64,000 nucleotides of DNA from a bacterium (GTDB taxonomy: Bacteria; SAR324; XYD2-FULL-50-16): the NCBI GenBank assembly GCA_032250835.1, contig JAVVEA010000001.1:448001-512000 (forward strand). Reading direction: 5' to 3'. Positions 1-9,293 of the stretch are shown piece by piece (positions within the stretch are counted from its first letter, which is position 1; each line of letters opens with the position of its first letter). A program made the translations under genes and the position numbers. The notes below the pieces were generated by a model. It made no database searches and was not told the DNA's origin. It saw nothing but the letters and a program-made list of their open reading frames with translations.

Positions 1-2
1 AC

Positions 3-419
3 TATGGCGTGCGCTCGGATTTTTATGAGGTCGACAAACAGGACTTCAAACTCACCTTAAAGAGCGGTCGGGTTTTAGAGTTCCTACACACCCCCTACCT
101 ACACAGCCCTTTCGGGATTGTGACCTACGACCACAAAACCAAAACACTCTTTAGCTCCGACATTTTTGGCGGGCTTTCTGAGCATTGGTCCCTCTTCGCC
201 ACGAGCGACGCGATCTTTGAGTCCATGAGCCGCTGGCACCGGCTGGTGATGCCTTCGAGGCGCATCCTGGCCGATTTTATCCGCCGCTTAGAACGCTTTG
301 ACATCGAGCGCATCCTGCCGCAGCACGGCTCGATCTTAGAAGGTGAATTTGTCCCCCGGGCTATGGAGCATTTGCGCAACCTCGACTGCGGCATTGACCT
401 CAGCGAAGGCCGGTTATGA
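3..419 (+). CDS. MBL-fold di-iron protein (ODP/FprA-like), 5'-truncated by the window edge
   Basis: Frame is open from position 3; motifs TPYLHSP, LFSSDIFGG and ILPQHGS; no flavodoxin domain follows; stop overlaps the next start (ATGA). Confidence 0.8.
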   Translation, partial: YGVRSDFYEVDKQDFKLTLKSGRVLEFLHTPYLHSPFGIVTYDHKTKTLFSSDIFGGLSEHWSLFATSDAIFESMSRWHRLVMPSRRILADFIRRLERFDIERILPQHGSILEGEFVPRAMEHLRNLDCGIDLSEGRL

Positions 420-1321
420 AGGAGTCGATCTTATCTTTGGGCAACCGGCATGTGACCGATATGCGTGACATCAACCGTTCTTTGTCCGAGAAGGCGCTGA
501 ACATGCGGTGTCAGGCTTACATGAGCCAAGTTAAGGCGGAGTTGTTAACGGCGACGATCTACGGAATCAACCACAGCAAACAAACGTTGCGCCGTGAACT
601 AAAGGAAAAGTCCCAACTAGAGCGCGAGTTACGCACCGCCAACCGCACTAAGGACCGTCTGCTTTCTATCATCGCCCATGACCTCCGCACCCCCTTTGCC
701 AATCTGGTGGGCCTTTCGCAGACTTTGAGCGAAAATTTTGAAGGCCTTAGTGAGGCGGACCGCCGCGAGTTTCTTGACCTGTTGCACCGCTCGGCCATGG
801 GGGCGATGGAGTTGGTCGATAACCTTTTGGAATGGACCAAGAGCCAGTCAAAAAACCTAACGCCCCAAAAGAGCCCGCTGCGACTCTTTAATTTGGTCCG
901 TGAGGTCAATTATTTCTTCTCTGAACTAGCTCTACGCAAAGGATTGGAGCTAAAAAACGAGATCGACGAAGCCGAGGAAATCCTGGCCGATCCCAACATG
1001 CTGCAAGCGACGATGCGCAACTTAATCAGCAACGCCATCAAGTTCACCCCTTCGGGTAGCGTCACCATCTCGGCGAACCGGCAGGGTTCAGATCTATTGA
1101 TTGAAGTACGCGATACCGGAAGGGGGATGTCGCCGGAGCTGTTAGAACAGATTTTTGATTCTGAATCGCTCAACAGCCGTCCGGGCACAGACCAAGAGAT
1201 GGGGGCCGGTTTGGGACTCTTTTTGATCAAAGGCTTTTGCGAAGCCCAGGGCGGACATATCTGGGCCCAGAGTAGCGAAGGCAAAGGCAGCACTTTTACC
1301 GTCTCGCTACCGCAGACTTAA
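416..1321 (+). CDS. Soluble histidine kinase (HisKA + HATPase) with a short N-terminal helical region
   Basis: H-box IAHDLRTP, N-box NLISNAIKF, G1 DTGRG, G2 GAGLGL; no transmembrane segment. Confidence 0.92.
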   Translation: MKESILSLGNRHVTDMRDINRSLSEKALNMRCQAYMSQVKAELLTATIYGINHSKQTLRRELKEKSQLERELRTANRTKDRLLSIIAHDLRTPFANLVGLSQTLSENFEGLSEADRREFLDLLHRSAMGAMELVDNLLEWTKSQSKNLTPQKSPLRLFNLVREVNYFFSELALRKGLELKNEIDEAEEILADPNMLQATMRNLISNAIKFTPSGSVTISANRQGSDLLIEVRDTGRGMSPELLEQIFDSESLNSRPGTDQEMGAGLGLFLIKGFCEAQGGHIWAQSSEGKGSTFTVSLPQT

Positions 1322-1328
1322 GCGTCCC

Positions 1329-1763
1329 TTAGCTTTGGGTCTTCTCTTTTAAGAAGTTACCTAAAAGCCGGTCAGAACCTTTGATATGCTCCACAAACCA
1401 AAGCTCTAAATCTAAACTCAAATCCAACCAGGGATTTAAACCCGAATGATCCCCTTCGGTCAAAGCGCGTCGGTAAAGCAAAAACTCTTTCTTGGCCCGT
1501 TTGAGCATTTGCACAAAGGTCTTGTGCTCGGCTAGGTGCTCCTTCTCCTGAGGATAGCCCCTTTTGCTCATGTAGGCCTCTTCGGTACTGAAGTGGTCTT
1601 CAACGTAGTGTTCTAATTGCATCAAGGCCTGGGCGAAGAGTTTCATGTCTTCGGCTTCTGAAGAGCGAGTCAAAAGGTCGCGGATCTTAAAGAAGCGGCG
1701 GTGTTGGTGGTCTTGCCAGAGAATCCCGATCTCCAGATCAGAACTCCATTGTAGTGGTGTCAT
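1329..1763 (-). CDS. Bacteriohemerythrin
   Basis: WSSDLEIG..DHQH, HFSTEE, EHLAEH, EHIKGSD give the full H/HxxxE/HxxxH/HxxxxD ligand set. Confidence 0.9.
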   Translation of the reverse strand: MTPLQWSSDLEIGILWQDHQHRRFFKIRDLLTRSSEAEDMKLFAQALMQLEHYVEDHFSTEEAYMSKRGYPQEKEHLAEHKTFVQMLKRAKKEFLLYRRALTEGDHSGLNPWLDLSLDLELWFVEHIKGSDRLLGNFLKEKTQS

Positions 1764-1789
1764 AGCGCCCCAAAGTAGTTTTTCATTTC

Positions 1790-1825
1790 AAGCTATCCCA
1801 ACGTGCTAGACTGGTCAATCTAGCA
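1790..1825 (-). promoter_or_regulatory. Putative sigma70 promoter of the hemerythrin gene with an overlapping palindrome
   Basis: Minus strand TTGACC-N17-TAGCTT; inverted repeat TGCTAGA-N8-TCTAGCA (1804-1825) covers the -35. Confidence 0.45.
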
Positions 1826-1833
1826 GAAACCAC

Positions 1834-2952
1834 TCAGGCGCTCACCCTACCCTGGGCGGCTTCTAACTCAGCCTGGACCAACACAAAGGCCCGCTCTAAA
1901 AGCATAAACTTTAGGTTGTCGCCGCCGTGGTCCGGGTGGCAGGCGAAAACTAAGGCGCGGAAGGCGGACTTCAAATCCGACGCCTCATAAGGAGGGGTAA
2001 GGCCTAAAAAACGCCGCGCTTGGGCTATGTTTAGTTGCTGGATCAGCTCCCAACTGGGCTTAAGGGGTACCTGAGGGGTTGGGTCGGGGCTTTTTGGGGC
2101 CAGCGGTTGGGCCGGGTCTCGGTGGTCGCTAAAATAGCCCCCAAAGGCGCGGCAATAGACGCTACCCTTAGCCTCCAAGGTAATCCGATCCACCGCATAA
2201 ACTTCGCCTGAGAGGGCGGCGGGGTCGCGTGGACCTTCAAATAAAAAAGGAAAGGGCTTTCGGTAGACGAAGAGGTTCTTCGCGCTGCGCCCGACGATCT
2301 GGTACGCGCTCCATTCTTGCTGGGCCAAAGCAAAGTAAGGTGAGGCATTGCCGTAGACAAAATCCTTCGGGTCCAACGCCACCCCGCCAGCCCGGTCTAA
2401 ACTACGTTGGTAATGTTGGGCGGCGAACTCAAAGGGCAGACCTTGACCCGGATTTCCTCCGGCAGCATCCAGCCCAAGCTGGGCGGCCTCCCGCTCGATA
2501 GGGGCGCGGCCCTGTTGGACCGGCTCATGATCCGCTAAGAAATCAAAGATCGACTCCCAAAGATACCAGACCCACTCACGGGGCGCCAATTCCAACAAAG
2601 AATATACCGGAGCCATTGGGTTTTGCACAAAGGCGAACCTTGTGGGCTCAACGGGATTGGCGTAGGCGGGCCAGAGAGGGTTTTCGATGTAGCTGCGGGC
2701 GTAGCGGTTGACCGCCTCGTGGTGGGCAATAAAGCGGTGGATGCCCTTCAAGCGGCCTTCTCGTAGCAGGGTCGGGTAGGCCACCAGATTGCGGGTCTGG
2801 GCCTGGGCGGCCGCTTTGGTGGGCACAAAGCCACTGATCAAGGGCGGGTGGGTGTCTCGCTCCCAAAGGGCATCCCAAAGGCCCCAAAACCAGCCCCATT
2901 GTTTTCCCGCAAAGGCATATCCATAGAAAAAATTAAAGTCCTCATGGCCCAA
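1834..2952 (-). CDS. Protein with C-terminal J-domain (DnaJ-like) and an unknown N-terminal region
   Basis: ARRFLGL..DLKSAFRALVFACHPDHGG..F..L..AF; TTG start with GGAG upstream. Confidence 0.75.
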   Translation of the reverse strand: MGHEDFNFFYGYAFAGKQWGWFWGLWDALWERDTHPPLISGFVPTKAAAQAQTRNLVAYPTLLREGRLKGIHRFIAHHEAVNRYARSYIENPLWPAYANPVEPTRFAFVQNPMAPVYSLLELAPREWVWYLWESIFDFLADHEPVQQGRAPIEREAAQLGLDAAGGNPGQGLPFEFAAQHYQRSLDRAGGVALDPKDFVYGNASPYFALAQQEWSAYQIVGRSAKNLFVYRKPFPFLFEGPRDPAALSGEVYAVDRITLEAKGSVYCRAFGGYFSDHRDPAQPLAPKSPDPTPQVPLKPSWELIQQLNIAQARRFLGLTPPYEASDLKSAFRALVFACHPDHGGDNLKFMLLERAFVLVQAELEAAQGRVSA

Positions 2953-3020
2953 GGCTCGGCTCCGAAAAAGGTGAGTTTACCTTAACTTGCCTAGCGATTC
3001 AAAGCAATTGCCCCGTTGGC

Positions 3021-3049
3021 TTGACAGGTCCACGAGGCTTTCCCATAAT
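3021..3049 (+). promoter_or_regulatory. Sigma70 promoter of the mltF operon
   Basis: TTGACA-N17-CATAAT, followed by GAGGAGG and ATG at 3078. Confidence 0.7.
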
Positions 3050-3077
3050 CCCACCCAAGCGAGGAGGCTACCTATTT

Positions 3078-5144
3078 ATGCCGAAGAAATCCGGCAACCA
3101 TTCCCAACCTATCCAACTGTTTGCGAAGCTTATCAGCTGGCCTATACTGCCCCTTGCGCTGAGTTTATGGCTAGGGACCAGTTGCGCCAAATTGCAGCAC
3201 CACGACGACTTCCAAAAGATCGCCCAGACCGGTGAACTACGCGTGGGTTTTTGGGTCACCCCCGCCGAAGGGGGCACCGGCTTGGTCGATCCCTTAGTGG
3301 CCGAAGGGCGCAAACTCACCGAATTTGCGCTAGACCTTGGTTTAACGGCAAAATTTATCTCCTTTGAGGGGCCTGAAGAAATGGCCCGCGCACTGGATCG
3401 GGAACAAATCGACCTAGCCAGCTTCGGTATGGAGCCCGGCCCTGCGGCAAAAAACTTGGCCGCTTCAGTGGCCTATTTACGCCGCGATTTGATCTTGGTG
3501 GGGCCTTCGGGCACCCTTGCAGGCACCTTATGTATCCGCAGACAAAGCCCCCAAGCCGCTTTGATCCGTCGCATCGGCCCGCCTAAGGGCTTTAAACTCA
3601 AAGAGCTTTCGCCCTTTTTGAGCCACCATGACCTGCTTGAGCGCCGCTTAGAAAACCAATGTGATGCGCTGTTATTAGACTCCTACTACTGGGCCCAGCG
3701 GGCCGCAGAGTATAAAGACCTAAAAAAGCTGGCCGTCTTTGCCCCCGATCAGCCGTTGGCCTTCTACTTCCGCGACCATTCCACCGGCCTGCGCCAAAGG
3801 GCCAACGAGTTCTTGATTTATCAAGCCCTGGCCGGGCAGGGGGACCCCTACCAACAGCATTCGGGCTCCAGGCGAAAGCTGCGGGTACTGACCCGCAACC
3901 ACTTGATGAGTTTCTTTTTATCTGAAGGGAATCATTACGGCCTTGAGTATGAGCTACTACAGGACTTCGCTATTAAACAGGGGTACAAGTTGGAAATCCT
4001 GGTACCCAGCTTCCACTCGGACCTGATCCCCTGGCTGATAGAAAACAAAGGGGACCTAATCGCCGCGAGTATGAGCATTACCAAGGAACGGGCCCGACAA
4101 ATCGCCTTTTCCCGCCCCTACCACCAAACCCGTGAGCTGGTCGTTTTGCGCCAAGGAGACCGAAGAATCGGCGGCCTCAAAGACCTAAAGGGCCAAAAAA
4201 TCTGGGTCCGCCGTTCCAGCTCCTATTACGACTCCTTGATCCAGGTGCAAAAACTGGTCGGGCCCATTGACATCCAACTGGTTGGCGAAGATGTGGAGAC
4301 CGAACAGCTTTTTGAACAACTCGAAACCCGACAGATTGACGCTTTGGTGGCCGATGCGCACCAGTTAGAAGCCGAACGCACCTTTGGGCGTAAGGTATAC
4401 GGGGCGGTGGGTTTGCCCTTGCGCAGGTCCCTAGCCTTTGGCATGACACCCAACGACGTTGCGCTGAAGCAGGAGTTGGACCAATATTTGGCCCAAGTGG
4501 ACCGCAACGGATTCCTAAAGATCATTAAAGAAAAATACACCGAGAACCGCACCTTGATCACCAAAGCCCGCTCCCTGGCGCGAGCCGATACCCACGGGGA
4601 GATTTCGCCTTTTGATCAGACCATCCAAGCGGTGGCGTTGGATTTTAACCTGGACTGGCGGCTGGTTGCTTCGCAAATGTATCAAGAATCGCGTTTCGAT
4701 CCCTTACGCCGCAGCCAAGCGGGGGCCTTGGGTCTGATGCAGGTGATGCCGGCTACGGGCCGTGAAATGGGGCTCAAAGTGCCTGAAATTGACCTAAAGG
4801 AACCTCAAAAAGCCATCCAAACAGGGGTCAAGTATTTACGTAAAACCTTTGACCGTCTCGAAGAAGTGCCCCGCCTTGAAGACCGCATTTTCTTTTCTTT
4901 GGCCGCCTACAATGCCGGTTATGGCCATTTAACGGATGCCCGCACTTTAGCTAAACGGTTGGGCTTAGACCCTGACCGCTGGGCTGGGCAGGTCGAACGG
5001 GCCATTCTTCTGTTAGAGCAGCCAAAGTACTACCGGACCGTTCGTTACGGCTACTGTCGAGGTTCCGAACCGATCAACTATGTCCGCGAAATCCAAAAAC
5101 GATACGTCATGTATACGCAATTCGTACCGACTCCAGGGTGGTGA
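3078..5144 (+). CDS. mltF: MltF-like lytic transglycosylase with two solute-binding (SBP family 3) modules and an SLT domain
   Basis: YQESRFDP (catalytic Glu), GALGLMQVMP, AAYNAGYGH, YGYCRGSEP; GLEYELL and GDLIAA SBP motifs; start moved to ATG 3078, which has a strong RBS. Confidence 0.88.
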   Translation: MPKKSGNHSQPIQLFAKLISWPILPLALSLWLGTSCAKLQHHDDFQKIAQTGELRVGFWVTPAEGGTGLVDPLVAEGRKLTEFALDLGLTAKFISFEGPEEMARALDREQIDLASFGMEPGPAAKNLAASVAYLRRDLILVGPSGTLAGTLCIRRQSPQAALIRRIGPPKGFKLKELSPFLSHHDLLERRLENQCDALLLDSYYWAQRAAEYKDLKKLAVFAPDQPLAFYFRDHSTGLRQRANEFLIYQALAGQGDPYQQHSGSRRKLRVLTRNHLMSFFLSEGNHYGLEYELLQDFAIKQGYKLEILVPSFHSDLIPWLIENKGDLIAASMSITKERARQIAFSRPYHQTRELVVLRQGDRRIGGLKDLKGQKIWVRRSSSYYDSLIQVQKLVGPIDIQLVGEDVETEQLFEQLETRQIDALVADAHQLEAERTFGRKVYGAVGLPLRRSLAFGMTPNDVALKQELDQYLAQVDRNGFLKIIKEKYTENRTLITKARSLARADTHGEISPFDQTIQAVALDFNLDWRLVASQMYQESRFDPLRRSQAGALGLMQVMPATGREMGLKVPEIDLKEPQKAIQTGVKYLRKTFDRLEEVPRLEDRIFFSLAAYNAGYGHLTDARTLAKRLGLDPDRWAGQVERAILLLEQPKYYRTVRYGYCRGSEPINYVREIQKRYVMYTQFVPTPGW

Positions 5145-6964
5145 TGAAACTTTGGGTGACCTGTCTTTTCTTATTTTATGCAACCCTCGCTTGGGCGGCG
5201 GTGCCCGATGGGGACTACCGCGAAAAGGGGTTGAGTTACCCTTCGGGGGATCAGTTTTTTGGCCAGATCAAACAGGGGATGCGCCAGGGGGCCGGTAAAC
5301 TGGTCTTTAAAGACGGCCGGGTTTTTCAGGGCACCTTTGTAGATGATCAGTTCCACGGCGATGGAGAGATCCGTTACCCGAGCGGCGAACATTACCAAGG
5401 CACCTTCAACGGCGGTAAAAAAGCGGGCCTAGGGGAATGGACTTCCCGCTTTGGTGAACGCTACATTGGTGAGTTTAAAGACGGCTACCGCCACGGAAAA
5501 GGTCTGTTCATCCAAACCAACGGCGACCGCTTTGAAGGGCTCTTCATCAAAGGCCGTAAGCAGAACCAAGGCCTTTATCGGTTCAAATCAGGCGACCGCT
5601 TTGAAGGCACCTTGATCAAAGGAAAAAAGCAAGGCCGGGGAGATTGGCAGTCAGACGATGGCACGCATTACCAAGGGGGCTTTAAAGACGACTTATTCCA
5701 TGGCCAAGGCCTACTAGAACAACCCAACGGAACCCGCTATCAGGGCGGTTTTTTTGCCGGGCGCTACCACGGCCAAGGCGATCTGACCAACCCCGCCGGA
5801 GACCATTACCAGGGGCAATTCCAAGGGGGCCAGATGCAGGGCCCAGGAAAAATGGTCTGGGCCGATGGGGACCGCTATCAAGGGGATTTCGTCGCTGGAC
5901 TGCCCCAGGGCAAAGGGCAACTGATCCGCGCTAACGGAGACCGCTACCAAGGCGACTTAGTGGCCGGTGCATTTGAAGGGCAGGGCAAATGGGAACGAGC
6001 CCATGGTGAAAGCTATCAAGGCCAATTTTTAAAGGGGAAACGGCATGGCCAAGGTAAGGCCCGCTTCCCTAATGGGGATCGTTACCAAGGGCGCTTTGTC
6101 GCCGGCGTCATTCAAGGCTCAGGGGTCTACCGCTACGCCAACCAAGACCGCTATATAGGGCACTTTGAGGGCGGCCGTAAGTCCGGAAAGGGGAAGTTTA
6201 TTTTCGCCAACGGGGACCGCTATCAAGGCCCCTTCCGGCAAGACCAATTTGAAGGCCAGGGCCTGTTTACCTTCGCCGCCGGACACCGCTATGTAGGGAG
6301 CTTTAAAAACAACCAATTCGCAGGCCCCGGCAAATTAACCTTTGCCAATGGGGACCGCTATGAAGGCCCGTTCCAAGGAGGTTTCCCCGAAGGTAAGGGG
6401 GTTTTTACCTTCAGCCGAGGCGACCAATACCGAGGCGGCTTCCACCGGGGATTTTTTGAAGGACAAGGGGTCTACCATTACCCCAGCGGGGCGCGGTATC
6501 AAGGCGAATTCCAAGGCCAAATGAAACAGGGCCAAGGCAAACTGACCCTAGCGAACGGCGAAGTCTATGAAGGAGGCTTTGTAGCCGACCGGTTCGAAGG
6601 AAGCGGGGTCTACACTTTTAAGGACGGCAGCCGCTACCAAGGGCAGTTCCACCAAGGTCAATTTTCAGGGCAAGGCCAGTTCACCGACCCCCGCAAGGGC
6701 CAATATCAAGGGGAATTCTCCAGAGGGCAGCGCCAGGGAAAAGGCAAGGCCCAATATAAAAACGGGGACCAATACCAAGGAGAGTTTGCCTCGGACCAAC
6801 GGCATGGACAAGGGGTCTACCTTTACGCCCGGCCCCAAGGGGTTTATAGCGTTTTCGAAGGTCATTTTTCCGAAGGTTACCGACAGGGAGAAGGGCGGTT
6901 CACCTCGATCAACCAACTAATTTTAGAAGGAACTTGGTACCATGAACAGTATTTACACCCCTAA
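5144..6964 (+). CDS. Secreted MORN-repeat protein (about 24 tandem 23-aa repeats)
   Basis: Signal peptide ending AWA; repeated [YF]xGxFxxGxxxGxG; TGATG overlap with mltF. Confidence 0.92.
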   Translation: MKLWVTCLFLFYATLAWAAVPDGDYREKGLSYPSGDQFFGQIKQGMRQGAGKLVFKDGRVFQGTFVDDQFHGDGEIRYPSGEHYQGTFNGGKKAGLGEWTSRFGERYIGEFKDGYRHGKGLFIQTNGDRFEGLFIKGRKQNQGLYRFKSGDRFEGTLIKGKKQGRGDWQSDDGTHYQGGFKDDLFHGQGLLEQPNGTRYQGGFFAGRYHGQGDLTNPAGDHYQGQFQGGQMQGPGKMVWADGDRYQGDFVAGLPQGKGQLIRANGDRYQGDLVAGAFEGQGKWERAHGESYQGQFLKGKRHGQGKARFPNGDRYQGRFVAGVIQGSGVYRYANQDRYIGHFEGGRKSGKGKFIFANGDRYQGPFRQDQFEGQGLFTFAAGHRYVGSFKNNQFAGPGKLTFANGDRYEGPFQGGFPEGKGVFTFSRGDQYRGGFHRGFFEGQGVYHYPSGARYQGEFQGQMKQGQGKLTLANGEVYEGGFVADRFEGSGVYTFKDGSRYQGQFHQGQFSGQGQFTDPRKGQYQGEFSRGQRQGKGKAQYKNGDQYQGEFASDQRHGQGVYLYARPQGVYSVFEGHFSEGYRQGEGRFTSINQLILEGTWYHEQYLHP

Positions 6965-7154
6965 ACCCTGGCTTATGGGCTTTTTGTTGGCCTGCCTTTT
7001 GGGGGCCTGTTCCTCACCGGGCCCGGCCCGTTTACAAGGCCCCGCGCCCATAGAAGGCCCCATCCGGCTATACCTGCGAGCCCCGGCCCCCGAGGTGGCC
7101 CCACTAGCCAAGCCCCAGCTGCGCCCGCTGCCCCAGCCCTCAGAAGAGCCTTAG
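6942..7154 (+). CDS. Small Pro-rich putative lipoprotein
   Basis: Hydrophobic stretch plus lipobox LLGAC; overlaps the end of the MORN gene. Confidence 0.5.
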   Translation: MNSIYTPKPWLMGFLLACLLGACSSPGPARLQGPAPIEGPIRLYLRAPAPEVAPLAKPQLRPLPQPSEEP

Positions 7155-7315
7155 CCGGACTGAAGTACCAAGCCACCAACCCGAAGCCGGTGCCAATCAA
7201 GCACCAAAAAAGTGACCGGGAGACGGTACCACAAAACCTAGGTTCCCTTGCTTGCTTGAACCCGCTGGTCGGAGCGGGATCAAACTGGAATCAACAGGCC
7301 CAATCCGCGGGCAGC

Positions 7316-8824
7316 TCAAAAAGCATATCCAACCGTCAAATGAGTGTCTGAGCCGCTGTGGCTTTCGATCGAATCAAGCAAAGCTTGATTTTCCGAAGAC
7401 AATTGCCCCGATCCCCCATAGACCATCAAGCCAAACAACCAGCGCTGCCAAGCCGTATAAGTCACGCCAAATTGTAGACCCGTTCCGCTCAAGGCTAGGC
7501 TTTGTTCTGTTTGGTTGTCCAATTGCCAAGTATAGTCACCACTGTAACTGCCCAGGCCCATATAAAACCGGAAGTTCCCCCAAAAGCTGTCGGTCAGTCG
7601 CTTAAAATGATAATTGTAACCAACATTCAGATGGCTTGAATTAGCGGTACCCACCAGACTGAGCGGGGCCAGTTGGACCACCCCATCGGCATCGACTCGA
7701 TTGACTGATTGTAAGGTACCCGAACTGCCACCCAAATCCACAAACCATCCATCCTGCTGTAACACCATAAAGGCGAAACCCGAGCCGTTGCCGTAGCTAA
7801 AATCGCTGGTGCTACCGTCGATATAGGTCAAGTGCAAGCCTGGACCCCCCACTTGAAAGGTCGGCACCCAGACCAAATCTTCAAAAAAGCTGCTTTTGCC
7901 CTCAACCGAAGGCTTCGATTCTTGCCTCTTAAAGGACTGCCTAGGGGCGGGGGCAGCATCCACTGGGGCGACTTGACGGCCCGCGGTCATTTGTCCGGCT
8001 AGTTTATCGGCCAATTCTCGTAAGGCCTGTGGGAGGTCTCGGGCCCTGCCGTTGGTCTCTTGGGTTTCTGAGGCCAAGATGCTGCCGTCTTCGATACTGA
8101 TCACTTTTGCTGAAAGATAAGCGAGGTCTTCGCTCATCCGGGCGTAACCCAAGGAAATCACCAGATCCACGCCCAATTGCTCTCCAATCACGGTGGCGCA
8201 TTCGTCTCGGGTACAGCCCGTCGCTTTTTGGATCGAATCGGGGTCCATCTTATCCACTTCGGCGCTGCTGGCGATTTTAAAGTGGGCGCGGCGCAGTTGG
8301 GTGCGGAAGATGTCGGTAAAAATTTGGCGTTGCTGGCGGTTATAGTCCTTGGTATCCAGATCCAAGACGGCAACCAGTGAATCCGAAAGGTCCTTTTGCC
8401 CTTGGACCACCACCTGGGTCTGACCTAAAACCTGTCCATCACCCAGGCTTTGGATAGCTGAAAATCGCAGGATCATCCGTTTACCCTGGGGCTGGTAACT
8501 CCCCTTGATCAATACCGCCCGCTGGCCACTCAGGCCGGTCAAAGATTCGTTTAACTGATGGATCGTAAAGCGAGACTGGGTACGGCTCAAGGCCAGCATA
8601 AAGAGGGTTTCAATCTTTTGTGCCATACGGTCTCGGCGTTGGGAGCTTTCGTTTTGTACCTCCAAATAGACGGCCTTTTCTTGGTTTAATCCTTCCACTT
8701 CCTCAGAGAAGTATCGGGCTGCGGTTTCCAGGCCTTCTTCCAAGCTTTCGGCCCGCAAGGGTGCCGTGTTCAGCAAACATAGGCCCAACCCAAGACACAG
8801 GGTCCTTAAAAAGTGTTTTTTCAT
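7316..8824 (-). CDS. Exported protein with FlgO/CsgG/TolB-N-like alpha-beta domains and a C-terminal outer-membrane beta-barrel
   Basis: Signal peptide LRA|ES; VAVLDL...CTRDECATVIGEQLGVD; alternating beta-strands ending LTVGYAF. Confidence 0.65.
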   Translation of the reverse strand: MKKHFLRTLCLGLGLCLLNTAPLRAESLEEGLETAARYFSEEVEGLNQEKAVYLEVQNESSQRRDRMAQKIETLFMLALSRTQSRFTIHQLNESLTGLSGQRAVLIKGSYQPQGKRMILRFSAIQSLGDGQVLGQTQVVVQGQKDLSDSLVAVLDLDTKDYNRQQRQIFTDIFRTQLRRAHFKIASSAEVDKMDPDSIQKATGCTRDECATVIGEQLGVDLVISLGYARMSEDLAYLSAKVISIEDGSILASETQETNGRARDLPQALRELADKLAGQMTAGRQVAPVDAAPAPRQSFKRQESKPSVEGKSSFFEDLVWVPTFQVGGPGLHLTYIDGSTSDFSYGNGSGFAFMVLQQDGWFVDLGGSSGTLQSVNRVDADGVVQLAPLSLVGTANSSHLNVGYNYHFKRLTDSFWGNFRFYMGLGSYSGDYTWQLDNQTEQSLALSGTGLQFGVTYTAWQRWLFGLMVYGGSGQLSSENQALLDSIESHSGSDTHLTVGYAF

Positions 8825-8919
8825 TTCTTTTTAATGCTGTTTTTGGCTCGGCTTCACTTGACCAGCCATAGGATTAGGGCGAAGATGAATCCCTCTTTAA
8901 CACCCAAACCAAAATTAAC

Positions 8920-9189
8920 ATGGACTGGAAAGTTTTTGCTACTACCTTCGTCACTTTGTTTATTGCCGAGATGGGTGACAAGACCCAGTTCGCCGCTCTG
9001 GCGGCCTCCGCCGAGACCCGCAGCACCTTCAGCGTGCTTTTGGCGGTGGTGTTGGCCTTGAGCCTTGCCGGATTGCTGGGGGTGGTGGCCGGAAGGGCCT
9101 TGGGGAATTTTGTGGAACCGACGATGCTAAAATATATTTCGGGGCCGCTCTTCATCGCCGTGGGCATCTGGGTCTTGGTGGGGCGTTGA
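8920..9189 (+). CDS. GDT1/TMEM165 (UPF0016) family Mn2+/Ca2+ transporter, single-repeat form
   Basis: AEMGDKTQ signature; three hydrophobic helices. Confidence 0.92.
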   Translation: MDWKVFATTFVTLFIAEMGDKTQFAALAASAETRSTFSVLLAVVLALSLAGLLGVVAGRALGNFVEPTMLKYISGPLFIAVGIWVLVGR

Positions 9190-9214
9190 ACTCAGTGACT
9201 TTGCGTATACTACT

Positions 9215-9243
9215 TTGACCTAAAGGGAATATAGGCCTAATGT
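9215..9243 (+). promoter_or_regulatory. Putative sigma70 promoter
   Basis: TTGACC-N17-TAATGT upstream of 9294. Confidence 0.45.
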
Positions 9244-9293
9244 AATATTTATAAGTTTTTTCTATAAAAAAGGCCGCTCCCTCAGGACCCCCC

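Noticed and set aside
5250-6900. 69-bp periodicity resembling a CRISPR or tandem DNA array
   Set aside because: It is explained by degenerate MORN protein repeats; there are no identical DNA repeats with spacers.
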